Part shown: positions 15,282 to 25,600 of the stretch, in pieces | Layout of the letters: every line of letters starts with the position of its first letter | Position numbering within the stretch: position 1 is the stretch's first letter | Origin: a virus | Strand: one strand, 5' to 3' | Length of the DNA stretch: 41,265 nt | IMG/VR virus record: IMGVR_UViG_3300045988_152616 | Coordinates: 1-41,265 of that record | Position numbers and translations under genes: made by a program | The notes under the pieces: model-generated | The model's input: only the letters and a program-made list of their open reading frames with translations | Told to the model about the DNA's origin: nothing | Databases searched by the model: none

Positions 15282-16057
15282 TTGAGCAACCCCAGTCTGC
15301 CGAGGATGGCCACAACCTCGTTGCGCTTCATGTGGCGGACGGGAGAGGAACCATCGGAGACGCCGGCCTCCTGTGCCTTTTCCCACCAACCTTCCTTCTT
15401 GGACCAATCATCATCCGGCAGGGTTGCCGCATGGATCTCGGCCTTCTTTACCAGTTCGTACGCCTGCTCGTTGGTCATCTCGGACAGCAGTTTGTTGATA
15501 TCCATATCCTCATCTTCTCCTTTCAGTCGGGCGTTCACACGCTCTGCGATTTCGCCATATTTGCCAAATAAGTAGTTGCCAGGGCACGACTTGCCCTTGT
15601 CCGTGGTGTACCGGTGGGGCACCATGTTGCACACAGCCCAGTTTCCGGTAAAGGCCGGGCAATACTGCTTGCCTTCCTTCCAGATCAATTTCTTGATGCC
15701 GTTTCGCTGGCAGATGTCCACACAGAGGTCGATCAAGCTCTCGAAGGCGGCTTCCGTACATTCATAAGGCTCCTGGTAGCTCTGGATACTGGACACCTCG
15801 ATGGTCACCACCTGGTGATCCACCTTGTGGGAGCAGCACCAGGCCCGGTTTTCCTCGAGTACGTACTGTCCGATGCGGCCATCCGGCCCGATACCGTAAT
15901 GGCTAGAGGCTTCGGAGGTTTGGAACACCTGCCCGCATCCCTCCACGCTGCCAGGACCGGCCATAGTGTGGATGGAGATGCCCTTGATTGTCCCCTGTCT
16001 AGGCTTGGTGCAGTGAGGGGACAATTTCGTGTATACAACTAGCTTACTATTACTCAC
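15278..16057 (-). CDS. Endolysin, N-acetylmuramoyl-L-alanine amidase (Amidase_2/PGRP) with C-terminal binding domain
   Basis: 259 aa. GISIHTMAG...SSHYGIGPDGRIGQYV..ENRAWC pattern. Confidence 0.88.
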   Translation of the reverse strand: MSNSKLVVYTKLSPHCTKPRQGTIKGISIHTMAGPGSVEGCGQVFQTSEASSHYGIGPDGRIGQYVLEENRAWCCSHKVDHQVVTIEVSSIQSYQEPYECTEAAFESLIDLCVDICQRNGIKKLIWKEGKQYCPAFTGNWAVCNMVPHRYTTDKGKSCPGNYLFGKYGEIAERVNARLKGEDEDMDINKLLSEMTNEQAYELVKKAEIHAATLPDDDWSKKEGWWEKAQEAGVSDGSSPVRHMKRNEVVAILGRLGLLK

Positions 16058-16268
16058 CAGCGCTCACCTCCTGTTTTACTTCGGGCAACCCCGCAACAGA
16101 AGTCAGCAGGGAAAGAACCCCGGCCAAAACTGCGGCGGATACCGCCATAATCCAATTGACATCGGACAGCACAGCGGCTGCACCGATGGTGGCAACGGCA
16201 GTCTGAGCCATAGTCTTGATGGCTCTTATCCCGGCAGCCTTCCACCAGAGTTTCCATTTTTCACTCAT
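16050..16268 (-). CDS. Holin (LL-H/phiLC3-like pattern)
   Basis: 72 aa with two hydrophobic helices. IRAIKTMAQTAVATIG...LTSVAGLPE. Immediately upstream of the endolysin. Confidence 0.8.
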   Translation of the reverse strand: MSEKWKLWWKAAGIRAIKTMAQTAVATIGAAAVLSDVNWIMAVSAAVLAGVLSLLTSVAGLPEVKQEVSAGE

Positions 16269-16600
16269 TTCTTCACTTCCTCTCCGTGCATTGGGAGCCG
16301 GTCTATCTCTTCCATAACGGTTTTGAGATGCCCGTTCCCACCAAGATTTTTGTACGCTTGGTACATTTCAACCAAATTTTCCTTCTCGTCCAGAGTGATG
16401 TGCCCTCGGATGATGTAGCACTCGCCGAGGTACCGGACCCGGTCGATCATGAGCACTTTTTGCGCTTCCAGCAGCGCGTCCAGTTTTGTGCTTGTCCCTT
16501 TCTTTGCGGCCCATCTGTGGTTGAGGATTGCTACGATGATGGCGGATAGGCCGGAGGAACCGAGGGCTACAGATACAAGCGTAATCAACATTTCCATCAT
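16265..16600 (-). CDS. Membrane protein of the lysis region (111 aa, N-terminal TM helix)
   Basis: MMEMLITLVSVALGSSGLSAIIVAIL, then a soluble domain. ATGA overlaps on both sides. Confidence 0.55.
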   Translation of the reverse strand: MMEMLITLVSVALGSSGLSAIIVAILNHRWAAKKGTSTKLDALLEAQKVLMIDRVRYLGECYIIRGHITLDEKENLVEMYQAYKNLGGNGHLKTVMEEIDRLPMHGEEVKK

Positions 16601-16938
16601 CCGGTTGCCTCGTAAACCCTTACGGTAACTGTCTGCGCTGATACAACCGGAAATTCGCTTATATCCATGTCCTCTCCTGGGACATTATAAAACGTTGCAA
16701 TCGTTCCGACCCCACTTGCGTTCAACAATACATTGTAGGTAGGATCTGTAAATGCAATAATAATGCTGCCTTTAGCGGCTGAGATGGTTTGACCAGAAAC
16801 ATCCAAATGTTTTTCGATGATAGAGCCGTTTTCTATTGTCGAATAATAGCAATAAACCACTGCCGGACCATACTTAAAGGCAACTGAGACATTCTCCGCG
16901 TTTCCTCCACTCCCCGCAACACTAGGATTCTGAATCAT
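16597..16938 (-). CDS. Hypothetical beta-rich protein downstream of the tail fibre (113 aa)
   Basis: ATG 16938 after AAGGAGG. Visibly lower GC than the flanking sequence. Confidence 0.55.
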   Translation of the reverse strand: MIQNPSVAGSGGNAENVSVAFKYGPAVVYCYYSTIENGSIIEKHLDVSGQTISAAKGSIIIAFTDPTYNVLLNASGVGTIATFYNVPGEDMDISEFPVVSAQTVTVRVYEATG

Positions 16939-16949
16939 AACGCACCTCC

Positions 16950-19889
16950 TTAGCTCAACGGTTGAATCACGACATACACAGTCAGATTGCTTGTAGGTAC
17001 AGTCTGGCAGGTAAATGTCAAACTGTTTGTAGCCTGCCCAGTACACATGATCCCGGCCTCATAATACGCAGACTGAGATGCAATAGCGGGAGTTGGCGTA
17101 ATGAGTTGTGCGGTCTCAGTTGCAGACACGCCGGAGACGGTGACGGTTTGGGTGTTGGAGGACCAGCCAGCGGCGGTGAGGGTGATCGTGCGAGCGAGGG
17201 GTTTGAGAGCGTCTACGTATTGTTTTGTGGCAGCCTGAAGGTCTTCAGTCGGTTCGCCATTCAGAGTGAGCGCCCCCGTCAACGTCCCCCCGCTTAACTG
17301 CAAATACCTTTCATCCGCCTGCTCCTGAGTGAGACCGCTTTCAGGCGCATCCACAGCACCAACCGTGTTGTCTGCGGTGAAGCCGAGGAGTTGGCCTTGG
17401 GTTCCGGTGGGTTCTTTCATTAGCTTATCGCCACTAGTCTGACTAGATCCACCAACGAACACATCACCAGCGAACCATGCGTTGCCGTCCCAATCGAGTG
17501 TGTGAGCGTTAGAACGGGTATTTTCAGAATTGCCGTTGCCCACAATGTGAGCATATGTGTCGGAATTATCCTCAATATTGTATTTACCTTGGACGTGTTG
17601 GTTCTCTCCAGACGCAACAGTAGCTGCCCCTTCGGCATGAGAACAATCTCCGGATGCAACAGTATTCGATCCTTCGGAATGGGCTTCGTTTCCGGATGCA
17701 GTGGTAAACATCCCCTCAGCATGGGACGCACGCCCAGATGCCTCTGTTACATCCCCCTCGGCGTGAGAATTCATACCAGATGCGATGACCCGCCACCCTT
17801 CGGCATGGGAATATTCTCCAGTTGCTTCATTGTGTTCATAATCATTGAAAATTTCCCCAGTAGGATCAGATTGGTCTGCCTTGCCAACAGGGTTTCCCCA
17901 CTCTGCGCCACTTGCTCCCCTTTTAAGAATCTGCCCCTCAGTGCCCCCTTCAGGCAATCCGCTTGGGGCGTCGGACCATTCTTCACCTGTGGAGGTTTTG
18001 GTGAGGACTTGGCCGGTGGTGCCGCCGGAGGGGTTTTCTAAAAACAAACTAGAAAGTTCGCTTCTATCCGAGACAGCTATTCCTGAGTCATCAATGTAAA
18101 CAACATAGAAATTCAAGTCGTCTATATCTGTAGGAGAACTGCCTAAATTATGAATGCAAGCGAACATTGCATAATCCTTTTTGATTACTGCGGGATAGAG
18201 CACCAATTCATCGTCAAACACACAATAAATCGCATAATTATTTTGATACGCTTGAAAAATTTCTGATATAGTTTTGTCCTGACTCCCGGTGGCTGAAACC
18301 CTTACCACCATCACCGGCTTATCACCCCACGCAGCCCCATCAGCAGACTTATAGAGCATCTGCCCTTCGGTGCCACCATCAGGGAGACCACTAGGCGCGT
18401 TTTCCCACGAACTTCCATCCGCTGTCTTGGTCAGCACTTGCCCCGCCGTTCCGCCAGTGGGGTTCGGGATGGCTCCCACATCCTCAGCGGACGGAGTCCA
18501 GGTATCCGGTCGTGCGCCAACATCCTCCGCATCCAGTGTAACATCGGCGCTGAGCGCATGTCCGTTAACAGTTCGGCTGGTAGGCACATAGTCCATCGGG
18601 GGTAACTGAGCGCTCGGAACCTTCCCGGAGCCGTCCAGGGATGCAACGCCGTTGGCTTGCCCCTTCTGCCCCATCGGGATATAATTCCCGACCAGAGAGA
18701 CGGTTATGGTATCGTCCACATACTCTTTGGACGCCGCGTCTGTGTTGTCGGTGGGCTCCGCTAGGTTGGTTATCTTATGACCGCCCATCTGGAGCGCCCC
18801 GGTCATGGGCACAGAACCGTCCGACATGAAATCGCCGGAGCCCGTGCCGTTAGACCCATTGTAAACCTGGAATGTACCGCCGGTCTGCCCGTCAGTGAGA
18901 TATACGGTATAGGTATCCGTGGTACCAGGCGCGCCAGTGCCGGACGTGCGCTCGATACGGTCTACGCTCGCGCCGGTGGGGCCAACCTCGCCCTGTTCGC
19001 CCTTGGGACCGATGACGGAGCCCGCGTTGATGGGATCCCCGGCAGAGAGGGTGATCACCAGGTCGCCGTCCTCGTTGACGGTTGCGTTGGTAACGCTCAC
19101 GCCCTGGGGGCCAGTTGCGCCAGTTTCTCCGGTGTCGCCCTTGTCGCCCTGGATCCCCTGAGGCACCCCAATCACAAACAGCAAATTCCCCTCGGGAGAG
19201 GTTGTTTTGGTCACGGTAACGGAGGATCCCGCCGGGAGCGTCTCTCCTTCCATGTTCATGTTTTCGATGTAGGTCTTCGCCTGCTCTGCCTCTGCGGCCG
19301 CGTTTTCGGCGTCGGAGGCGGAATTCGCGGCAGAGGACGCGGATGTCTCCGCCTCATTGCGGGCGGTCTCGGCATCTGTCTTTGCGTCGCCTGCCTGAGT
19401 CGCCGATGTTTGTGCAGCAGTAGCACTCCCAGATGCCTGGGTGGCTGCTGTTTGGGCCTGCCCGCTGGCCGTTTCGGCCGCCGTTTTCGCGGTCTCTGCG
19501 GCGGCCTGGGCAGCAACAGCAGCGTCCCTTGCGCTGGATGCCTGCCCCGCCGCTGTCTGCGCCTGCTCCACAGAGTCGCCGATGGTGCCGGCGGCGGCAA
19601 CGGATTGATCCCTCGCCGTTTCCGCTGCGTCCTGGGCGTTTTCCGCCGCGGTCTGTGCCGCCGCTGCGCCCTGTCTGGCTGCCTCAGCCTGGGTGGCGGA
19701 TTGGCCAGCCTGGGTTGCTGCGGTTTGGGCGGCTGTTACCTGAGACGCAACTGCATTTTGGGCGTACCCCTTGATAAGCTCCCCTTTTATGCTGGATGTG
19801 GTTGCATTTTGGGAGACAACGAGCAGATCATCGTCCCCCATGGCGGAGGCTGTCGGCAAGTCGGTAATCGCCTTTGGTACATTAGCCAT
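16950..19889 (-). CDS. Tail fibre / receptor-binding protein (979 aa)
   Basis: Ala/Gln-rich coiled region, collagen-like GDKGDTGETGATGPQG, internal ~49-aa repeats, and SHAEG repeats reminiscent of YadA-head/Hep_Hag repeats. Confidence 0.85.
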   Translation of the reverse strand: MANVPKAITDLPTASAMGDDDLLVVSQNATTSSIKGELIKGYAQNAVASQVTAAQTAATQAGQSATQAEAARQGAAAAQTAAENAQDAAETARDQSVAAAGTIGDSVEQAQTAAGQASSARDAAVAAQAAAETAKTAAETASGQAQTAATQASGSATAAQTSATQAGDAKTDAETARNEAETSASSAANSASDAENAAAEAEQAKTYIENMNMEGETLPAGSSVTVTKTTSPEGNLLFVIGVPQGIQGDKGDTGETGATGPQGVSVTNATVNEDGDLVITLSAGDPINAGSVIGPKGEQGEVGPTGASVDRIERTSGTGAPGTTDTYTVYLTDGQTGGTFQVYNGSNGTGSGDFMSDGSVPMTGALQMGGHKITNLAEPTDNTDAASKEYVDDTITVSLVGNYIPMGQKGQANGVASLDGSGKVPSAQLPPMDYVPTSRTVNGHALSADVTLDAEDVGARPDTWTPSAEDVGAIPNPTGGTAGQVLTKTADGSSWENAPSGLPDGGTEGQMLYKSADGAAWGDKPVMVVRVSATGSQDKTISEIFQAYQNNYAIYCVFDDELVLYPAVIKKDYAMFACIHNLGSSPTDIDDLNFYVVYIDDSGIAVSDRSELSSLFLENPSGGTTGQVLTKTSTGEEWSDAPSGLPEGGTEGQILKRGASGAEWGNPVGKADQSDPTGEIFNDYEHNEATGEYSHAEGWRVIASGMNSHAEGDVTEASGRASHAEGMFTTASGNEAHSEGSNTVASGDCSHAEGAATVASGENQHVQGKYNIEDNSDTYAHIVGNGNSENTRSNAHTLDWDGNAWFAGDVFVGGSSQTSGDKLMKEPTGTQGQLLGFTADNTVGAVDAPESGLTQEQADERYLQLSGGTLTGALTLNGEPTEDLQAATKQYVDALKPLARTITLTAAGWSSNTQTVTVSGVSATETAQLITPTPAIASQSAYYEAGIMCTGQATNSLTFTCQTVPTSNLTVYVVIQPLS

Positions 19890-20043
19890 CCTCTTTCACC
19901 TCCGCCGCGCCCTTTCCGGCCTCAGCATAGGCCATCCGGAGCAATTCTCTGGCCCGCGCCATGATCTCCACCTGTTCCCCGGATACGGGGATAGCGGAGA
20001 TATATTTAAACGCCTGGTCTAAATATTCCTGCATCTTCGTCAT
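19882..20043 (-). CDS. Hypothetical protein (53 aa)
   Basis: My own translation: MTKMQEYLDQAFKYISAIPVSGEQVEIMARARELLRMAYAEAGKGAAEVKEDG. The stop overlaps the tail-fibre ATG (ATGGCTAA). Confidence 0.45.
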   Translation of the reverse strand: MTKMQEYLDQAFKYISAIPVSGEQVEIMARARELLRMAYAEAGKGAAEVKEDG

Positions 20044-20044
20044 G

Positions 20045-21607
20045 TCAAGAAATCACTCCTTTGTCCTTTAGGGCTTCCTTTATTTTCTGTACCTGGTAGA
20101 TCAGCAATGGGATGAATTCGCCGTATCGGATTGCGTATCGGTATCCGCTTTCTTTGGTTTCTTCATCGGTCCCCCAGGATTTAATGAACGCCGCGAAATC
20201 CTTTGTTGGGATGTTCAACTCCGAAAGGGTTTCCTCAAGGTCCTGTGCAATAATCCCCATGTGGGTACGGTCGCTTTGCCCGTCGATGAATTTGAACGAC
20301 ACCGGGCGCAGCGCGTCGAACACAGGCAGGAACCGATCCAGCCCGTATTCCACGTCTTTTTTGAAGTTGAGGTCGGACGTGTTTATAGCCGCGTTGACGG
20401 AATACACATCCCCCCACCGAACTGTGCTGCGCCCGAGTGTTACAGACCCATCGGAACTGGGCGTCGGGGAGCCGCTGAACGAAAACCGGCCTGTGGACGT
20501 TGTGCCAAACGAGCAGTTTGTGGTATCCACCCACCAGTTGCCGGCAGATGTCATGCGCATACCGCCGCGATTTGTGACGAATTCCAGGCCGACGCCGGTG
20601 GTCGTGGGTGTAATTTCGATGGAGCCAACCGTGCTCCCTCCCGACGCCAACAGTTCCACCGTTCCGCCGCGCAGTATGGATGCCTCCACGGTGCCGGTTT
20701 GGATTTTTGAGCCGTCAATGTATGTGGTGCCCCGGTAGCTCCACGCCTCTACTTTATCCTCTGCGTTGTTGGCAGTGTTGTTGGCCGCGTTAGCCAAGCT
20801 GTACGCTCTGTTTGCCGTACTCTGCGCGTCATTGATATCCCCCTGGACGGAGCTGGACAGGTCGGAAAATGTAATGGCCCCTGTGAGATTCAGGCGGTCC
20901 GCGTCAATCTGGCCAGTTTTGATACAGGCCCCATTGATGGTAGTTGTACCGGAGGACAAGCCGGTAAACGTAACGAGGCCATTCATTTTGATGGTTTCGC
21001 TAGAGATTGTCACATCTCCCACTTTAAGGGAGATTGTGGATGATGTTGACCCGTTGGACACATCAAGGGTTATTGAGTCCACCTTGACGGAAATGCTGGA
21101 TATCTGCCCCTCCAAATCCTCTGCGATACCCTCTACCTGTAGGAGGATTTCGCTGGCGGACTTGGATATCATGGACCGCGTCCTGGCCAGTTCCCGATCG
21201 TACTGCCGGCGCTCCATGGATTCATAGGGATACTCATCATCCACCTCGTCCAGGTCCGGCGCGGAGATCTCGGAATTGTACAGGCGAGAAAACGACATGT
21301 TTTCGTTGGCGACAACGGAATAGATCCCGCCAACGACAACGCCGTCCCCGATCTCCGCCGCCGGGTCCATCAGGGCCTCCCCAGCGGTGTAGGGCTGGTA
21401 TTCCACGTTCTGCACAGCGGCAAGGATGGAATTCGCCATGGCCTGGGACGCCCAGGCGCAGGTGACCTCCAGCGTTCGCCCCGTGTCATTCCCTGCGGTG
21501 TAATAGGTCTCGCTGTCTACGCTGAGATTCACGCGAGAGATGTTGGACGGGATGTCACCGATGTCCAAACTGCCTGCTCGGGATCCAAGAAAAATAGAGT
21601 CAGACAA
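20045..21607 (-). CDS. Tail spike/baseplate protein with C-terminal intramolecular-chaperone (Peptidase_S74-like) domain
   Basis: 520 aa. C-terminal TSDLNFKKDVE...LRPVSFKF...HMGIIAQDLEE pattern. Confidence 0.75.
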   Translation of the reverse strand: MSDSIFLGSRAGSLDIGDIPSNISRVNLSVDSETYYTAGNDTGRTLEVTCAWASQAMANSILAAVQNVEYQPYTAGEALMDPAAEIGDGVVVGGIYSVVANENMSFSRLYNSEISAPDLDEVDDEYPYESMERRQYDRELARTRSMISKSASEILLQVEGIAEDLEGQISSISVKVDSITLDVSNGSTSSTISLKVGDVTISSETIKMNGLVTFTGLSSGTTTINGACIKTGQIDADRLNLTGAITFSDLSSSVQGDINDAQSTANRAYSLANAANNTANNAEDKVEAWSYRGTTYIDGSKIQTGTVEASILRGGTVELLASGGSTVGSIEITPTTTGVGLEFVTNRGGMRMTSAGNWWVDTTNCSFGTTSTGRFSFSGSPTPSSDGSVTLGRSTVRWGDVYSVNAAINTSDLNFKKDVEYGLDRFLPVFDALRPVSFKFIDGQSDRTHMGIIAQDLEETLSELNIPTKDFAAFIKSWGTDEETKESGYRYAIRYGEFIPLLIYQVQKIKEALKDKGVIS

Positions 21608-22301
21608 GGATCAACACCTCCCCCGCAAACTGGATGGGCTGGCCGTACTCCGTCACCAGGTACCCCGCTTGTTCCGGGATATCTCCAAACCGGATCAATC
21701 GCAGCTTCCCTTCGTCGGTAATGATCCAGTTTCCCGCATCGGAAACGGCAATGAAGGACAACGCCTCCCGCATAGTGAGGTCCCCTTCTTCGTCCACGGG
21801 GTACTCAACGGGGAAATCGTCGGAGAGAACCGTGCGTGGATCCACCGAAACGCCCATGCGTTGGGCAATGTCCGCCACAGCAGTTTCCTGGGGCATGGGC
21901 CAGTTATCGTATACATAGTCCTCGTTGAGCCAGACGTTTTCCGCCTTTAGCATAGCGTCGTAGCCAGTTACCGTGAGGACGCCGGATACCTTATCCAGTT
22001 CCCGCGTGGAGAAAAAGAACACGCCCTTTGGGATCCATTCGCTGACCTGCTCGCCCAAGCACACCCGGACGAACACCTGAATTTGCGCCTGCCTCGGGAT
22101 GGTCCCGATTGGAATGATCTCCATGTCGATCTGCCTGGCATTTACGTTCCCGACCCCCGGGGTATCGAACAGCCCGCCAGAGATGGACAGGGAGACGATA
22201 TTCCCCTGGGTATACTCCTGCCCCGCAATGTCCAATTTCAGTTCTGTCCAGTGGCCTGGATCAGAAAAAATCTGGTTGTAGAGGTCGCTGGTCGTGTGCA
22301 T
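21600..22301 (-). CDS. Tail/baseplate protein (Tal N-terminal-like)
   Basis: 233 aa. Called from its position after the tape measure and distal tail genes. Confidence 0.55.
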   Translation of the reverse strand: MHTTSDLYNQIFSDPGHWTELKLDIAGQEYTQGNIVSLSISGGLFDTPGVGNVNARQIDMEIIPIGTIPRQAQIQVFVRVCLGEQVSEWIPKGVFFFSTRELDKVSGVLTVTGYDAMLKAENVWLNEDYVYDNWPMPQETAVADIAQRMGVSVDPRTVLSDDFPVEYPVDEEGDLTMREALSFIAVSDAGNWIITDEGKLRLIRFGDIPEQAGYLVTEYGQPIQFAGEVLILV

Positions 22302-22305
22302 GGTA

Positions 22306-22662
22306 TCACCTCTCTACCAGAGTCATGGAGCCGCCCTCCACCCAGGTGATCCCGGATTCCACCTTCTCCTGAGTCATCTCCGGGCCCTCTACCCAGAACA
22401 CTTTTGTTTTTTCTGTGCCGTCCAGGTCCAGGTAGGTCACTGTGGATGGCTGGGTGATGAGGTCGGCGATAGCATAGGCGTTTTCCGCCCGCATCCGGGC
22501 GAACTCAACATCAAGCTGCACCTTGCGAATGTTGCTGCGGTGCTCGATGCCGTCCATGGTGACCACGCTGCTCTCCTGCCGGTAGATGGGAGATTGCGCG
22601 ATTCCGCTCTCCGCTAGATAGCCGGAGATGTCGGTGCCGTTAAGCACAAGTTTTGCTTTCAT
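22306..22662 (-). CDS. Distal tail protein-like (118 aa)
   Basis: Called from its position immediately after the tape measure gene. RBS AAGGGGG. Confidence 0.5.
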   Translation of the reverse strand: MKAKLVLNGTDISGYLAESGIAQSPIYRQESSVVTMDGIEHRSNIRKVQLDVEFARMRAENAYAIADLITQPSTVTYLDLDGTEKTKVFWVEGPEMTQEKVESGITWVEGGSMTLVER

Positions 22663-22674
22663 GCACGCACCCCC

Positions 22675-25600
22675 TTAGATCATGGGCGATTTCGCGGTCC
22701 GACGGGCGTTTCCGTTCAGTGCCGCTCGAAGGTCGTTGAATGTTGCTCGGTAGAGTTCCTTGCCATTGATCACCAGCGGGATCTCCACTTGGTAAACTTC
22801 CCGGGTTGCGGCCCCTCTTGGCACCGCTGCTGTCGCTGCTTGGGGCAGGGCGGATGGGGTGTTGAGGGAGGGGCGAGTGACGAGGGATGCACCGTACTCA
22901 AATTGAGACTGTACTTTCTTGATTGTCGCTGCGTTTGCAACAGAACGAGCCATGTTTTTAACAGACTTAACGGCATCATTTGCCGTGGAGTCAACGCCAA
23001 CCACAACACCCTCCGTAATAGGTTTGCCGACCTTATCGCGAAAATCCTTAGACGGAGAGTTTATCCTAAGCTCGCTTCTTGCTGCCGAAAGCGCGTTGCG
23101 TGCCATTTGGCGAAGTTTTGAGTTCAACGCATTCACATTGATTGCTCCAGCGATTGCGTCGTTAATGGCGTAACCTATAACAGTGAAATCTCGAACCATT
23201 TGATATCCGACGCTTCTGGCGGTGTTTATCATGGAAACCATTTGGTCAGTAACGGTTCCTACGGCAGAGCTAATGCCACTCGCTACTTCTCCGTCCGCAT
23301 CTGTACCAATTGCCGGGAAATTCCCTCCGGCGACGGCAGAATCGCCAGTGGATTTTGTTCCAGCAATTAGCTCACTCATAGAGGAGTAAACCGTTGGTGC
23401 ACTACTATCGATTCCTGACGCAGTGTTTTGTCCTATCGTCGTCCCCGTTGCCGGGAAGTTAGACGATTGCACGGTAGCATCCGCCGTCGTTTTCGCTCCT
23501 GTCACTACGTTAGCGGCGGCATTATTTACCGTTCCGGACTGACTGGTAATCCCCTCGGCAACGCCTTGCGCAGCTGTTGCACCGGTCTGTTGCGGCTGTC
23601 CGTCGTTCATCGTCGCGTCAAGGGTTGTCTGCGCTCCGTCCGCCACAGAGGCGGCCGCCATGTTAACCGTCCCCGCATTGGTGATAATCCCGTTAGAAAC
23701 CAAGAAATCCCATGCGGCGCCAATCTGCGCGGCGTCCACACCGGGCATAAGTTCTTGCATCAACTGCATGTAGATTTGCTGGGCGGAACCGGTAAGATGG
23801 TAAGCGCCTTCGTTCATTCCGGTTCCGATCGCTGTCGGAATCTGAACGCCGCCCTCTCTCGCTTCATTGACCTGAGTCTCCAATGCAGATCGCTGTTGCT
23901 CTAACAGACTTGCCCAACCATTCCGTTCGGTTTCAGACATTTGGTTCCAGTGTTCCGCAATATAGACCACCATGTTCTGATAGTCTGCCTGCATCTTAGC
24001 CACATTTTCCTCCAGAGCGGCCTGGTTATCCCCGGATGCTTTTACGATATTGGCGGAGGACTGTGCAATGGCTTGGTCTAGTGCAGCCATGTCGCCCGTG
24101 GTTGCATTGGCGATCTGGTTATAGGTTTCCAAGGTCTGATTGTAGCTGTCCCATGTCCCCTGGGCCGTGTTCAAGTTCTGCTCGCTCTGAGCAAGGGCTT
24201 CATTTGCTGCATCCAACTGGATTCGTAAATCAGAATATTGTTTTGCGGTCAATCCACCTGTATCCGCAAGCATACCCTGTAAAGTATTTACTTGCTCCTG
24301 CGCCACATTGTAATCCCTGGTAGCCTGAGTCAAGTCTTGCCACGCCTGCAACTGCTTAGTAAGCGCTTCTTCGTATGCCGGTTGGATAGCATTTAAGGCG
24401 GCTTCCTGCTTCCGCGCAAAAATCAGATCATCGATAGCGTCGGACACTTTGTATACCGCTCCGGCCTCACTTTCAGACGCCGAAACCGCCCCAGGGACCT
24501 TATTGTTTATGTAGTCTGCAAGGTATGCGGCTCTCTCTTCGTATCCCTCGATAACACGCCCATTAGCATCCGTGATACTCTGGAGTTCACCAACATACTG
24601 CTCCACAATACCCATCTCACTTTGGATGGATGCCATAGATTCACCGACGGACTCTTGTAAACTATTGAAGGAATCTGCATGTTCGTTGATCTGGTCAGTA
24701 GTTTCCTGGATGCGATTTGCAAACTGCTCCGAATAACTGATGTATTCCCCTTCGCTCTGACTGAGCGTCACAATCGCCGCCGCAACACCGGCTGCCGCTG
24801 CGCCAAGCAGAACAAACGGATTCGTAAGCGTTGCGAGAAGGCCCAGGCTAGAAACCAACTGGCCAATTTTGGACACAACCGAGGCAGCAGCAAGAACGCC
24901 GATTGCGGTAGCAACACCCGTAATGGCAGGGATAGCGATATCACTGCTCTCTGCAATATCCAGGAAACCGTTTACCAAGTTGGCCGCAAATTCTTTCACC
25001 TTTGCCACCATAGGAGACAGGGCATCTCCCGCTCGGGCCAAGGCGTCGTTTAGATCGCTAGACGCTTTGTTGGTCTCTACGATTGCAGAATTGGTGTTCC
25101 TCCATTCCTCCGCTGCCGAAACAAGACCTTGACGTGACAACTCCTTTAAGACCAGATTGGCTCTCTCTGTTTCGCTATTTGCGCTCTCTAGTGCAGCGTT
25201 AAACTCATCCTCGCTGGTACCCGCCCAATTGAGCACGTCGGAAAATGTCCCGGTTGCCTTTGACACCCTAATTGTCTCATTTACGGATTCAGCTAAGGAA
25301 TCGATTGGAATAGAATCCCCATAAGTCGCCCAAGCGCCAATGGTCCCGTCTATCATCTTGGTCAGGTCCTCTTGCGAAAGACCTAACGCCTGTAGGTTAG
25401 ACAAAGCCGTTGCACTGGACTGCTCATCTCCAAGCACGGAGTAAAATTGCTGGTAGCTCTGCGCTGTCTGTTCGGCGGTGTACCCCGCTTTCTGGCTGGA
25501 CACCTCCAGAGATGCCATAATCCGGCGATACTCAGAGGTAGACTCTACAAGGTCTGCAATGCCGCTAACGACGGACTGAATCCCGTCGGAGAGCATATCC

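Noticed and set aside
16950-19889. Diversity-generating retroelement targeting the tail fibre.
   Set aside because: There is no reverse transcriptase gene anywhere in the window. The internal repeats differ at all base types, not at adenines only.
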